Below are positions 22,806-35,987 of a DNA stretch of 64,000 nt, in pieces. The notes beneath the pieces were generated by a model. That model was not told the DNA's origin and did no database searches. It saw nothing but the letters and a program-made list of their open reading frames with translations. The position numbers and the translations under genes are program-made. The stretch lies in contig NIVC01001184.1 of assembly GCA_002269645.1 (NCBI GenBank), forward strand, positions 186,001 to 250,000, given 5' to 3'. Every line of letters begins with the position of its first letter. Position 1 is the first letter of the stretch. Source of the stretch: Macrostomum lignano. Its lineage: Eukaryota.

Positions 22806-25800
22806 TATGTAGAAGATAGGGCAGCTATCAATCCTGTGTGCCGTGCGGATAAGCAGAAAATTATTCGCACGGTACCGTTGGAATAAGACAGAAATTATTC
22901 CTACGGTACCGTGGGGATAAGCATTGCCATATACTATACCAAATACATTACCTATGCATACATTACCTATGACCATGCAAAGCTTCAAATTTCAATTTTG
23001 TAATTGTAGCCTAGTAGTCTAGTACTAGACTAGTGGTTTTGATATTTAATTTCAATTAGATTAACTAAAAATAATAATTATATTAGTATTAGTATACTAA
23101 AACATTTAATGATTTAATATATTAGATAGGCTTACAGATAGGGCAAAAGTATAATAGGCCCAAATCGTAATTTTTTAATGTAGGTTAGGCTCCTATTATT
23201 AGAATTGATTAGTTCTAATTGATAATTGATAAACTTTTAGATTAAAACAGACAAGATAATTAATTTTCTGCATTAATTAGAATATTAGCATATATCTAAC
23301 ATTGTAATACTGGAATTAGCATAAGCGCTGCCAATTAGTAGTAAAGCACTACATTGCTACACTAGACTATCAGTTATACAGAGTACACACCAGTTAGTTT
23401 CAATAGTTTGTTTGGCCTTCGAGGAAATTGATATAGTCATCTCTCTAGAGATATCGAGTGCATGGAAAATCTGAAATCGCCTATTTTAAACAATCGATGT
23501 ACCTGACGTAACTAAACAAAAAAATTATAAGTTTTTACGCAGATAAAAGTTACAAAGGCACTATGAGATAGATTAACATTTAGTTTTTACAAAACTATTG
23601 CAATTTCACTAAAAATTCTAAGTTCTATTTAGTTTATTTTAAGGAAGCAATTGGTGATAGTGCCATCTCCCCACTCAAGGTTTATTATTGTGTAGATTTT
23701 ATTGCGTTATGTATTATTGTTTATCTTCGTAGAAAATTAATTGTAAGAATTACTATGCACGTAAGCTGCTCGCCGCTAGATTACGGATTAACCGTGTAGT
23801 TCCATTTTATATTAATCAGTTTCTCCGGCCCAATCTGGCCCCATTGTGCATATCTCATGCAATTTATTATTATCGTTTTCATAGCTATTCTAATTGTACC
23901 ATAGTAATTTGCAATCAACAAATAAATTATCTAAAGTAGCGAGCAGGTTTCAATTTAAACCTACATATAATTAAGCCTAATTAGTGCAAATATGGAAGAA
24001 AAGTAGTGCGGAGTACCCGAAAATTGGGGAGACACCGGGAATATGTCCCCCCCTGGAGGGTTAGGACGACCCTGGTAGTCCCTGGACATTTCGGTGACAA
24101 GACGTTTCGGTGACAAATTTAGACAATTCGGTGACACGTTTTAAAAATGAACGTTAATTTTGTCTGTAAGATAATATACTCATGAACCAAGAGTTAAAAC
24201 TTAAAACTCGTCATATTTTTTTGTTGATTTCGTCACTGACACACTGACTTTGTTATATCTACACACTTACATATTGGATCCTGCACCTGTTCAGATAGGT
24301 CAGTCGGCCGAGGCGACCAAGGACCATGCACTGTATACATGACACAGTGGTCCTTGAAGGCGACACGGCAATTAGCCGCTTATTTCACATACTGCATCAT
24401 TTGCGACATAATCTGCATGGATATACCTGTATCCAGGGCAACATATGGTAGCATATTTTTACTGCACGATTGATGCAAACAAGTTGGGTTGTACAATGTA
24501 CATGTAGTTTGTTACTATACTTACATGTATATCAGTATTATAGTATTTACCTCCTGATGATTGCAAAATGTTATTTTAATGTATTGTTTCGATGCACACC
24601 ACAAACTTCAATAATTTTATGGCTGCTACATATGTATAATGGACGCCTTCTGAATCGGAATATCAGTTTCACAGATTACATGTATACATGTACATATGAA
24701 CCACATGCGAGAAATGACTTTCAGGTTTTGACTTTTGAAAAGATCAGCTACACTAGGTGGATTGGTATGACGATCTATGACTATGATTACTATGACTGGA
24801 CTTATGACATGACTACTCGAGTATGATGATATATATGATTGCTATGATCATGACTATGGCTATGATCACGTTATGAAGACGGCGGGTTTACATGCAATGG
24901 GCTACTGAAAAGCAAAGCAGCGGCATTTCCGCGATTTTCCCCCGGGGCGGTCCCCGGCCGTCGGACCCCAGCTGGTGTGGCCGGCGCGGTGCACCTCAGC
25001 TATTGCACTCAGCTATTGGCCGGCGCGGTGCACCTCAGGGGTCACCTGAGGGGTCGCTCCAATTTTGCTCTTTTTGGCTTTGTGCGAGAACGATGCAAGT
25101 TGCTGTACATGTGCTGCAACTGTACATGTGTGAATAAACATTCAGCACGCATAGAGTTAAGGCGATATTAGGAAGGAAATACAGTGATATGACGCGATGG
25201 TAAAATTTGCAAAACGCGTGTCTCATGGGAAAGGAAATTAAGGATGAATTCCCGCTGAGTTCAGAAAGGGTCACGTTAGAGCTTAGAGAGAAATGAGAGA
25301 CTAACGGGGGGAATAAAGGAAATAAAGACGGGGGGAAAGGGACGCGAGTCCACATTAAGCTTAATAAATTGTATAATTTGCTTTTCAGAACTTGCTGTGC
25401 TACATGTAAATCGGCAAGTCTTTATGAAGAGATCTTTATGATCGAACAATGAAGAAATCTTTCTTCATTGTTCGATCAATATTAGCACCTTTGATGGTTC
25501 AATTTTGCAGAACAGTAAGAAGCTTGTTAAGTAAACCAATTGTGCTTACAGGGATTACAATATCTACATCTAAATATACTAAATCTCTAAGGTTTGTATG
25601 CTTGCTTGTCCATAACGCTCTAGTGCATTACTAACAATGCTAATTCTGGAATGGCAAGCACCAATGATTTGGTTGCGCGTTTGCTACCATTCTAAAGCAA
25701 AATTGTAGAATTGCGAAAATAATTGAGGCGTAAAACGCGGTGTTTCGGTTGTTTTGGTTTTTGCTTTGATTGTTTTCCGTGTGGAAAAGAAGAGGGAATT

Positions 25801-26702
25801 GAATAATTGCGCGTTAGGGTGCTGTATATTTATATATGTGTTAAAAGAACATTCCGGAATCCGGAAAGTTCGAGAAGCAGTTTCTAGAAAGGGGGTGCGC
25901 GGGAATTCAAAATGCCAAATATGGAAAGTGCGTGTTTACGCGGAAGTTTCTAGAATACAGTAGTTATAATACGCTAGCTGCAATACTTTTATAATATTAG
26001 TGAATACGCTACAAAATCATTGTTAGCAGAGAAGCATCGCGCTCGTAAGATGATATAATGTTTGTTTTTGCCACGCCATTCGGGTTAGCAAAGTAGTAGA
26101 ACAAACGGATTGCGTATGAAATATGAATGCGCATGAATTTAAAGACTCGGTATCCGAGGCGCTAATACGAGTATATAACTTCTAGCAAAGTAGAGCGATA
26201 GTTCTTCGAACTCTAGACGCATATTCACAGCTCTGCTGGTTCTAACCTTTAATCAGCCAAATAGTTTTTTATTCATGGACGATTACTGCCCAAAATGCAG
26301 CCATTCTGTTAGCGGCCGCCAACATGCACTTGACTGTGATAGATGCAAGTTTTGGTATCATCGACTCTGTTCAACAGGTAAGATTCTACACTTCGCTATT
26401 TTTCCCAACATGTTCGTATTTAAGAGAAAAGGTATTCCACCACAAATTCTATACGTAACTTCGCCAAAATTTCACTTTCCCATAATTTCATTTACCCGAA
26501 ATATCACTCCCAAGTATCTCAAAGCAATTGCATACACGCATGTGTGTAGTAAGTACATGTACAGTACACGCCACGCCTTTTTGTTATCATTTTAGGGCGC
26601 GCCAGCATCTCTATGGCTAAATATCGTGAGTTACAACGCCGCAGCTCCTTTAACTGGTGATGCCCAAACTGCAGTTTAGCGGACAATGAGGTTGCCGTAG
26701 TT

Positions 26703-27065
26703 GCAGCGGATGAGGAACGTGAGCAGGTTGCTACAGCCAGCGAATCTGAGGATGGAGCTGCAGCGGATGAGGAACGTGAGCAGGTTGCTACAGCCAGCGA
26801 ATCTGAGGATGGAGCTGCAGCGGATGAGGAAAGTGAGCAGGTTGCTACAGCCAGCGAATCTGAGGATGGAGCTGCAGCGGATGAGGAAAGTGAGCAGGTT
26901 GCTACAGCCAGCGAATCTGAGGATGGAGCTGCAGCGGATGAGGAACGTGAGCAGGTTGCTACAGCCAGCGAATCTGAGGATGGAGCTGCAGCGGATGAGG
27001 AAAGTGAGCAGGTTGCTACAGCCAGCGAATCTGAGGATGGAGCTGCAGCGGATGAGGAACGTGAG
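26703..27065 (+). repeat. 57-bp coding tandem repeat (AADEEREQVATASESEDGA)n within the transposase gene
   Basis: Six full near-identical copies plus a partial copy, in frame with the PHD exon. Confidence 0.93.
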
Positions 27066-27642
27066 CCCTTCATCGTCGGCGTGGTGCTCGTGAATACTAT
27101 CGTTGCACTCAGCGCAGTCGTCCTACCCCTTGTTGTGCTACTCTAATTCGCAGTGCCGGTGAAGAATTCAAGCATGGGAAAAGCGGGCACAGCCATGCAC
27201 CAACCCTTGGTGCTTCTGCTACTCGAAAGATTTATCAAGACGTAAAAGTTGCTGCCGCAACATAAATCTGCGGCACAGCTTACAGATGATGAGCGCGAAC
27301 TCACTTCCTCGACGGTAGCGAACTTGCCGAATCCAACAAATCTAATTAGAGCTGCAAACCGGTTTCGCGAAAGAGGCAGGCCAGAGGAGCCTAGGGATTT
27401 AAACTTCCAACTGCAGTTGGAAGCCTTGCCCAACGGATTTCTCAGAAGTGGTGTCCAGGTTGAATTAGGAAGACGACACTTAGTATTTGCTACTAATCAT
27501 CAGTTGACACTACTGAGTAGTGCCCACGACGGCCATTTGTGCAACTTTACTCGATTCATGGCTTTCTCCGTGCTGAAGGACATCTGAAACAGGTAAGCAT
27601 GCAATAGGTCAATATTACGATCGTACTCAGCTCTAATATACA

Positions 27643-28165
27643 GAATTCGAATCCCCGGAACTATTTTTGAATCCTGATGAATCATACAACATCTCGTCTT
27701 CTCTCCACTCTCCTCTTTTCCTCGTCTCTCTCCTCTCTTCTCTCTTGTCTCTGCTCTCCTTTCTCCTCTTTCATCTCTGCTCTCATCTCTTCTCTATATT
27801 CTCTTCTTTCTACTCTTTTCTTTTTCCTCCCTCTCTCCTCTGTCATCCTATATACTAAATCTATCTTCTATTATCTCTCCTCTCTTCTCTCCTCTCTCAT
27901 CTCTTCTCTCTTCTCTCCTAACATTTCTCTCCTCTCTCTTCTCTCTACTCTCTCTGCCTCTTCTTTTCTGTCCTCTCTACTATCTCTGCCTCTTCTATTC
28001 TCTCCTCTCTACTCTCTACTCTTCCACATCTCGCCAAATAAGGGAAGGAGAGAGAGGCGGATGTTGGGGTGGCTGTCTCGATGACAAAAGCAGACTAACT
28101 TTAAAAGAGTTTAAAACACACACCCACTAACACACAGAGCTTTCATTTTTATACATAGGTATAGA
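27643..28165 (-). mobile_element. Internally deleted copy of the 18792 Helitron-like family, in the transposase intron
   Basis: Minus strand: A|TCTATACCTATGTATAAAAATGAAAGCTCTGTGTG, TTTTAAAGTTAG..CAGCCACCCCAAC, a GA-rich tract, then CAAAAATAGTTCCGGGG. Confidence 0.65.
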
Positions 28166-31154
28166 TTATACAATTATTGGATATAGGTTCTGAAGGTTTT
28201 TTCGTTGATCAGCTCACTTTGTACATGATTATAGCTATATACATGTGTGTACTGTATCCATGTATTGCAATTCCGCCGTTTTAAACTAATGGCAGGTCCC
28301 ATTAGTGTTTGTCCTAATGTCTGGAAGAAAAAAGCGCGACTACAAGGCAATCCTGCGTGAAATTCGGAGACTAGTTCCTAACATGGACCCGACGAGTTTT
28401 GTCCTGGATTTCGAGCACTCTGTGTGGAAGGCGATCCGGAGGGTCTTCCCAAATGCTAACGTTCGTGGCTGCAATTTTCACTGGACTCAAGCAGTTTGGC
28501 GCAAAGTCCAGAACATAGGGGACTTCAACAGTCCTATCAAGAAGATGAAGGCACGCAAAAGTTCGTCCGGAAAATTATGGCCTTGCCTTATTTGCCTGCG
28601 GACACTATTGTGGCAGCCTTTGACGAGCTTCGGTCAGAAAATGCCGTTGCAGCTGACGAACGTCTAGTTGAGCTCTGTAATTACGTTAGCAGCACCTGGC
28701 TAACGGAGGGCCATCAATGGACTCCAGGAGACGTTTCTGTATTTGGCCAGCCAATACGAACCAACAACAACAACGAAGCCTTAATCGCAAAGCGGGACGA
28801 CGGAACCTGCACTTCTACCTGCTGGTCCAACTTATTTAGCTCGTATGATGAGGCTGCCCTAGTACCTCTTCAATCCAATCTGCTATCTAGAGGTATGCTT
28901 TCTCGTGAACAACGGAAGACGTATGGAACTGTTCAGTCCAGTCTGTTCCGATATTGGGCAGAGTTCGATTCTGCAGTAACCGAACCGTACGACAGCTTCT
29001 TCGAGCCTGTGGTCGGCTGTGTAATCCCAAGTGATCGAACCCTCTCAGGACAATGGCCTGTGTGCTGGATGACGGCCACAGGCACAGAGCGGAATCTGTT
29101 GGACGGCCGCCTGTGCTAATGACGTTTATAGCCATCTATATGTTAGCAAACAATTGAAAGTTATTAACCATCTTTCAATTCATAATATTTGCATGTATTG
29201 TTAATTATTTCGAATAGGATTCTTCTTCCTTGCTATAGTTTATCGCCAATTGACAACTTCTGTACTTTCAACTTTCTGCTGTTCATTTTCGAAGACTATA
29301 ATTGGCTGTTTTTTTCTGTTGTAAAACCCATTAAAATCCACAATAATCACAAATCGCTATGCCATGTATATTTTCATGTTTTAATATTCGGTATTTTGGA
29401 AATTAAGTCTATTTTCTTCTTTAAACTTAAAATAAGTGTACATGCATGTACGAAATGTCTGATTTTAACGTAACAATTAACAAACCAATGCCTTGTAGCT
29501 GTGAGCAAATATTTAACTAACAATAACTATTAAAATATACTCATTAAAATATTATGCCTTTTTGACGTAAATTTCCTTGAATTTGCAATAATCAATAAGG
29601 CCCTAGACCTTACTAAGTCCTAAGCCCTTATTAACTTTCATAAAATTGAAATAAATTTCAGTGTAGAGATATAACAAAGTCAGTGACGAAATCAACGCAA
29701 AAACAATAAAATACGCTCGTATGAAGAGTTTTGAGTACTACCTCTTGTTCATGAGCATATTATCTTACAAACAAAATTAACTCATATTTTTAAAACGTGT
29801 CACCGAAACGTCCAGGGACCAATTTCTTTACCGTCTTTGCATTTTGCTTATATCTGCTTCCAAGGACCCCCCCCCCCCTACCGTGAATCCTGGCTACGCG
29901 CCAGCTGCATATGGTTGTACGGGTGCAGCAGTGCTGAGAGGAGCAGAAACTCCTGGTAGCAATGGATTCGTTATTGCCTAAATATATAAAATATTGTGTT
30001 TTATTGCAGTTTGATTAATAATTTACTTACTGTTAGTCGGGAAAATGCAGAATACTGCAGAGCCGTGGAATTAACGAACTTATTAATCCCAACTGCATGT
30101 GAATGCCGCGCACCTGTGTAGTGTAGCTCTGATCAAAGACCTCCCTGAAGGAAAAACTACGTGTATAATTACAGGGCAGAGCACCGCGCTCATTACCAGT
30201 ACATACAATTGTCCTGCCTGGGCAAAACAGCGCTCTCAGCATTGACTAGACCTTATGTCTCGAGGCCTAAGCCTCGCACATAGAGTCTTTAATTCAGCCC
30301 TCAAATCTTTGTCCGCAATGACTGGGAGAGATCTCATACGTCTCATTAGTACTAATGGAGTCTCAGGCCGTGCACTTTTTCACAACTGGGTGATATACTA
30401 TTGATACTTAGAATTTAATGAAATATGAATGACAGAAAATCTTAAAGTTAATGGCATCCGGCAGGCTTGGAAAAAAACAATGTAAGTTGTTCGCACATAC
30501 AGTATATGATAGAATGTTATGAATGCATGCGATTTGTCGAGAAAATGGTTAAAATATGAGTATTTATTTTTGGGGTTACAAACAGCAAGGATAACTAAAA
30601 TACAAAAAAATGATGCTGACGTACAATCTGAACAGCGAACACCACAAAAGCGCAAATCTTTATTGTTTATGGCTATTAGACCTTTTCTGCAATAATATTT
30701 TAGGTGTCTCATTTAATACAACGACAGTTAAGCAACACAACACGAGCAGTATATACTCGATTCAATAATTTACAGTAGGATTCATAATTAATTAATTAAT
30801 ATCTTTACGCCTTCACCTTCGAAAGAATACAGAAACAATAAAACATAGCTGCAGCTATGCCAACAACACAGAGCCGCATTGTGCATTATGACAATTAATT
30901 AATTATGAATAGAAAATAAATAAGCAATGCGGCAATCTTCAATGACAGGGCAATTCATGTCCTATAGGACTATAGTAAAAATGAAATAATAGAATTAATA
31001 ATTAAAACACAGACATGAAGTTACATATAACACGAGCTGGCGAAATATCATAACGTCAAAATTTGTTGCTGTATTTTGACGTACAGTTTGCAAGCGTTCT
31101 GATTTTTTTCACAGCGGGTAATTCATGTCCTCCCTAAAATATCAATAACTTTTA

Positions 31155-31670
31155 AGGGGCGCCAGCTACAGAGGGGGCGCCATGCAGCTACAGAGGGGGC
31201 GCCAGTTACAGAGGGGGCGCCAGTTACAGAGGGGGGCGCCAGTTACAGACGGGGCGCCATGCAGCTACAGAGGGGGGCGCCAGCTACATAAGGGGGGCGC
31301 CATGCAGCTACAGAGGGGGGCGCCAGTTACAGACGGGGCGCCATGCAGCTACAGAGGGGGGCGCCAGCTACAGAGGGAGCGCAAGTTAGTAGAGAGGGGG
31401 CACCAGTTACAGACGGGGCGCCATGCAGTTACAGAGGGGGCGCCAGTTACAGACAGGGCGCCATGCAGTTACAGAGGGGGCGCCAGTTACAGAGGGGGCG
31501 CCAGCTACAGACGGGGCGCCAGCTACAGACGGGGCGCCATGCAGCTATAGAGGGGGCGCCAGTTACAGAGGGGCGCCAGCTACAGACGGGGCGGCATGCA
31601 GCTACAGAGGGGGGCGCCAGCTACATAAGGGGGGCGCCAGCTACAGAGGAGGGCGCCAGCTCCAGAGGGC
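31155..31670. repeat. 18/22-bp GC-rich minisatellite downstream of the GPCR stop
   Basis: Units GGGGCGCCAGCTACAGAG and GGGGCGCCATGCAGCTACAGAG. Confidence 0.95.
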
Positions 31671-31881
31671 CCAGACGACAGAGGTTCTTGTAACTGCACA
31701 GCTGGAAACTGGCTGGCAACAACAAGCTGCTTTGCTAGGCAGTGCGTGGACGAAAAAGCTTGCCGACAGATGCTTCTTTTAGAAGATTTTCATCTAAAAT
31801 ATGCAGCTGGCAATTCTGGCACTCCCGTAAACCCCACTCTACTGCATGCATGATAAAATCACAATCATTCTCGGCCGGCTT

Positions 31882-32774
31882 TCAACCTGATCTCCGACAG
31901 AAAAGCGTCTTAGCGGCGTAGCGCTGAAACACCCGGCTCAGACACCAGTAGAGGAAGGGGCAGGCGGCGCTGTGCAGGTAGACGAGGGCCTGCGAATAAG
32001 GATAGACGCTGGTGAGCACGGCTGCCAGATGCGGCCTATCCTGCAGCAGAAAATCCTGCAGCACAATAATCAGATCCTTGGGAAACCAACAGAAGAAGAA
32101 CACGGCCACCAGTACCACCACGGTGCGGACTGTTCGCTGCTGCAACACCCGGGCATGGTAGGCGGCCGTGGCGGCGGCGGCGGCGGCAGCGGGAGTCGGA
32201 GCCGGCCTGCAGTCCTCGTCGTGCTGTCTGTCAATAAATGGCGTCTCAACGACTCTGAGCGACAGAGAAGCGACGGCCTCTGTAGCAGCCGATGGGGCCT
32301 GGATGGCGTGTCTCTGACGCTGCTGCTGCTGTTGCTGCCCGCTGGCCAACCGAGCAAACTGGCGACTGATGAACCGGGCGGTGAACCCGTAGGAGAAGGC
32401 CAGGACAATGCACGGGGACAGGAACAGCATGAACAGAAAGTAGGCCGAGAACGCTTTCTGCACTGACTGACCGGTCGGGTAGCGCCGAAACTCCGAGCAC
32501 AGGTACATCACTTGGCGGTTACCAATTTCGAACGGTAGAGTGGTCAGGTTTACAATGTCCTTGACGAAGATTTCTTCAAGGGAGACGGCGAACAGGGCTG
32601 GGATGGAGGCCACAACGGCGCAAGCCCATATGGCCGCTGCCACCACGCGGTAACCGCGCCCGCCGGCGGGGGTCGGCGGAACAGCCCGATTGTCGAGGGC
32701 AGCGGCAGCGCTCTGGCGGGCTCGGACAATGGCGATAGAGGCCAGGGAGAAACTGTTCACGCTGAAGGCCAGGC
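31882..32774 (-). CDS. Class A neuropeptide-receptor-like GPCR, exon 3 (TM3 to C-terminus)
   Basis: Acceptor CTGCTCTAG at 32775, phase 1. GLAFSVNSFSLASIAIVRAR (TM3), AIWACAVVASIP (TM4), ECL2 Cys, FLSPCIVLAFSYG (TM5), VFFFCWFP (TM6), LHSAACPFLY (TM7). Confidence 0.9.
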
Positions 32775-32799
32775 CTAGAGCAGCACGGAGAAATAGCGT

Positions 32800-33880
32800 G
32801 CAATTAACCCAGCCATTCTAGCCCGCCCCCTTACACTGCAACCCCACAACCCAGAGATTCTAGCCCCCACCCCACATACACACACCGCAACCCCCAATTC
32901 CGTGCAATTAACCCAGCCATTCTAGCCCTCCACACCGCAACCCCCAATTCCGTGCAATTAACCCAGCCATTCTAGCCCTCCACACCGCAACCCCCAATTC
33001 CGTGCAATTAACCCAGCCATTCTAGCCCTCCACACCGCAACCCCCAATTCCGTGCAATTAACCCAGCCATTCTAGCCCTCCACACCGCAACCCCCAATTC
33101 CGTGCAATTAACCCAGCCATTCTAGCCCTCCACACCGCAACCCCCAATTCCGTGCAATTAACCCAGCCATTCTAGCCCTCCACACCGCAACCCCCAATTC
33201 CGTGCAATTAACCCAGCTATTCTAGCCCTCCACACCGCAACCCCCAATTCCGTGCGATTAAACCCAGACATTCTGCCCCCCCCCACACAGCAACTTCCAA
33301 CCTTGTGCAATTGAACCCAGACATTCTGACCCCCACCCCACATACACACACCGCAACCCCCAATCCTGTGCAATTAAACCCAGACATTCTGACCCCCACC
33401 CCACATACACACACCGCAACCCCCAATCCTGTGCAATTAACCCAGCCATTCTAGCCCTCCACACCGCAACCCCCAATTCCGTGCAATTAACCCAGCCATT
33501 CTAGCCCTCCACACCGCAACCCCCAATTCCGTGCAATTAACCCAGCCATTCTAGCCCTCCACACCGCAACCCCCAATTCCGTGCAATTAACCCAGCTATT
33601 CTAGCCCTCCACACCGCAACCCCAATTCCGTGCAATTAAACCCAGACATTCTGACCCCCACCCCACATACACACACCGCAACCCCCAATCCTGTGCAATT
33701 AAACCCAGACATTCTGACCCCCACCCCACATACACACACCGCAACCCTCAATCCTGTGCAATTAAACCCAGACATTCTGACCCCCACCCCACATACACAC
33801 ACCGCAACCCCCAATCCTGTGCAATTAACCCAGCCATTACGAGCTATAGCCCCGACAAACACACACCGCAACCCCCAAAC
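32800..33880. repeat. 50/60-bp minisatellite at the 3' end of GPCR intron 2
   Basis: Unit CCCTCCACACCGCAACCCCCAATTCCGTGCAATTAACCCAGCCATTCTAG interspersed with a ~60-bp variant. Ends about 22 nt from the acceptor. Confidence 0.95.
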
Positions 33881-34784
33881 CGGTGCGGCCTTCCACCGCA
33901 CGCCAGATCGTCACAAGAATTGATATTTAAAATCAGAAACTAGTTCTACTACTACCATACGTAGCAAGCTTGGGATATCGAGATGTCAAGATTGCTCAAT
34001 CGGCACTGAGTCTAATTAGTACTCGAGCCAAGAAAAAACTTCAGTGCTTGCAAATCAGGCTGTTCTCCACAGACGAGACGCTCTGATTTCATGCCTCATT
34101 AAGTCCTCCTTTTTCAACTTTTTCTAATCAGAACAGATCCCTGCGTGTCTCATTTACAATAAAAAGCTCCACGAGTTCTGCGCACATCTTGTAAAAATAT
34201 TATAAAATCTAAGAAGAGCTGAACTTGACATTGGAACTGAAAAAAAGTCAAGTCAGAAATGTATTGAGACAAAAATTGGCACATCAATTTTGCTGGCTGA
34301 AAAGCCAGCTTATACCGAAATAATGTATTGGCAATGGCAATCGCTGTAGCTCACCCTTACCCGCAAATAGCTAGCAAGTTACATTCTGAGAGAGAATGAA
34401 ACAGCGATCAACTCAACCCAACACCTTTCCCCCGGCACACACGCTGGCCAAGTTACCACAGGAACAAACTCACGTTGAGCCAATTGAAAAAAATGAAAAA
34501 AAACATAAAAAACGGAGCATAACCTATCAGTAATTTCTACTCGAACTATGCACAACCTTGGACTACCGAGAAATCTAGAAGACTAAAGATGTGAACCGAA
34601 AAATCTCACAAAATTTGTCAAAACATAACGAACGATTTTTTTGTGATAAAGCCTACAAAAGAAATGGCTGCATTAAAAACGTCTGTGCTCACTACGACTG
34701 GTGGAAAAGGATGCCGTGTGGCTTAATGCCTAGCTAACGAAGGCAAACAAGCCAGAAATCGAACCACACTTTTGGTGTGTGAAA

Positions 34785-35552
34785 AATTGCAATTTAAACC
34801 CTCCCGTGGCGCACCCACCACCCCACAATCATTTCAATTTAAACCCCTTCCAGGGCACACACACACCACCCCACAACCATATCATTTTAAACCCTCCCGC
34901 AGCGCACACCCACCACCTCCTACAATCATTTCAATTTAAACCCCTTCCAGGGCGCACACCCACCACCCCACAACCATATCATTTTAAACCCTCCCGCAGC
35001 GCACACCCACCACCTCCTACAATCATTTCAGTTTAAACCCCTTCCAGGGCGCACACCCACCACCCCACAACCATATCATTTTAAACCCTCCCGCAGCGCA
35101 CACCCATCACCTCCTACAATCATTTCAATTTAAACCCCTTTCAGGGCGCACACCCACCACCCCACAACCATATCATTTTAAACCCTCCCGCAGCGCACAC
35201 CCACCACCTCCTACAATCATTTCAGTTTAAACCCCTTCCAGGGCGCACACCCACCACCCCACAACCATATCATTTTAAACCCTCCCGCAGCGCACACCCA
35301 TCACCTCCTACAATCATTTCAATTTAAACCCCTTTCAGGGCGCACACCCACCACCCCACAACCATATCATTTTAAACCCTCCCGCAGCGCACACCCACCA
35401 CCTCCTACAATCATTTCAGTTTAAACCCCTTCCAGGGCGCACACACACCACCCCACAACCATATCATTTTAAACCCTCCCGCAGCGCACACCCACCACCT
35501 CCTACAATCATTTCAATTTAAACCCCTTTTAGGGCGCACACCCACCACCCCA
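34785..35552. repeat. ~97-bp dimeric minisatellite at the 5' end of GPCR intron 2
   Basis: Alternating AAACCCCTTCCAGGGCGCACACCCACC.. and AAACCCTCCCGCAGCGCACACCCACC.. monomers. Starts about 15 nt from the donor. Confidence 0.93.
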
Positions 35553-35567
35553 CTGCCCAATACTCAC

Positions 35568-35886
35568 CTTCAACAAACACAACCAATTTACAGCCGATTA
35601 GTCCCAAGTGCCAGCTGTGGTAGAAAAGGCGAACAGCCGAGATGGGGATGCAGAAACACGTGACTAGCAGATTCGAGCCCGCCAGATTAACCATTATGTA
35701 GGATATATGGCGTCGCAGGTCTCGATACCGGATGCTCAGGTAAAGAAACAGGCCGTTACCGCCAAGTGACAGGACGGAGATAAGCGCGTACAGCGCGATG
35801 AGAAACAGGTCAGACATGTCCAGCTTCCGGAGCCCGGATATCCAGGCGCTAATGTACATTGTAACGTCATACTCGCTCTTGTTAGC
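35568..35886 (-). CDS. GPCR exon 2 (N-terminus, TM1, TM2, start of TM3)
   Basis: Acceptor ATTGCAG at 35887. ANKS glycosylation sequon, LSLGGNGL (TM1), MVNLAGSNLLVTCFCIP (TM2), WHLGLIGCK. Donor AG|GTGAGT at 35567, phase 1. Confidence 0.9.
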
Positions 35887-35972
35887 CTGCAATTATTGGG
35901 CACATTATCGTAATGTAATTTAGCTAAACCTAGCTTGGAGTATATTAAACAGTCTGCATGTGGAAGACTTAC

Positions 35973-35987
35973 CGGATCGAAAGACAT
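35973..35987 (-). CDS. GPCR exon 1 coding part (MSFDP); whole CDS about 408 aa
   Basis: ATG 10 nt after acceptor TTCTATAG (35998). Donor CCG|GTAAGT, 86-nt intron, phase 0 matches exon 2. Confidence 0.7.

Larger units (their letters stand above)
18169..22928. mobile_element. Non-autonomous MULE/Mutator-like element (4.76 kb) carrying nested insertions
   Basis: ~125-bp near-identical TIRs beginning GGCA(G/A)TGCTTATCCCCA. Exact 9-bp TSD ATATACTAT (18160-18168, 22929-22937). Confidence 0.88.
26275..29119 (+). pseudogene. Spliced PHD finger - acidic repeat - FLYWCH - MULE transposase, inactivated
   Basis: Exon 26275-~26377 CPKC...CDRCKFWYHRLC splices (GTAAGA...TTTTAG at 26595) to FNW*CPNC. Then YYRCTQ...CCATL...GHSH (FLYWCH-like), RHLVFAT, QLYSIHGF, an intron 27595-~28294, VPLVFVLM, GCNFHWTQA and IRTNN. 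Several stops and frameshifts; the DGTF motif region is missing. Confidence 0.85.
24078..29819 (+). mobile_element. MULE-type DNA transposon (5.7 kb) with ~180-bp TIRs
   Basis: Left end GTCCCTGGACATTTCGGTGAC...CTTTGTTATATCTACAC (24078-24265) is inverted at about 29661-29819. Encloses a MULE transposase. No TSD could be found. Confidence 0.85.

Noticed and set aside
26655-26670. In-frame TGA inside the PHD finger as selenocysteine or readthrough
   Set aside because: The same gene has further stops, frameshifts and a deletion of a catalytic motif; simple decay explains it.
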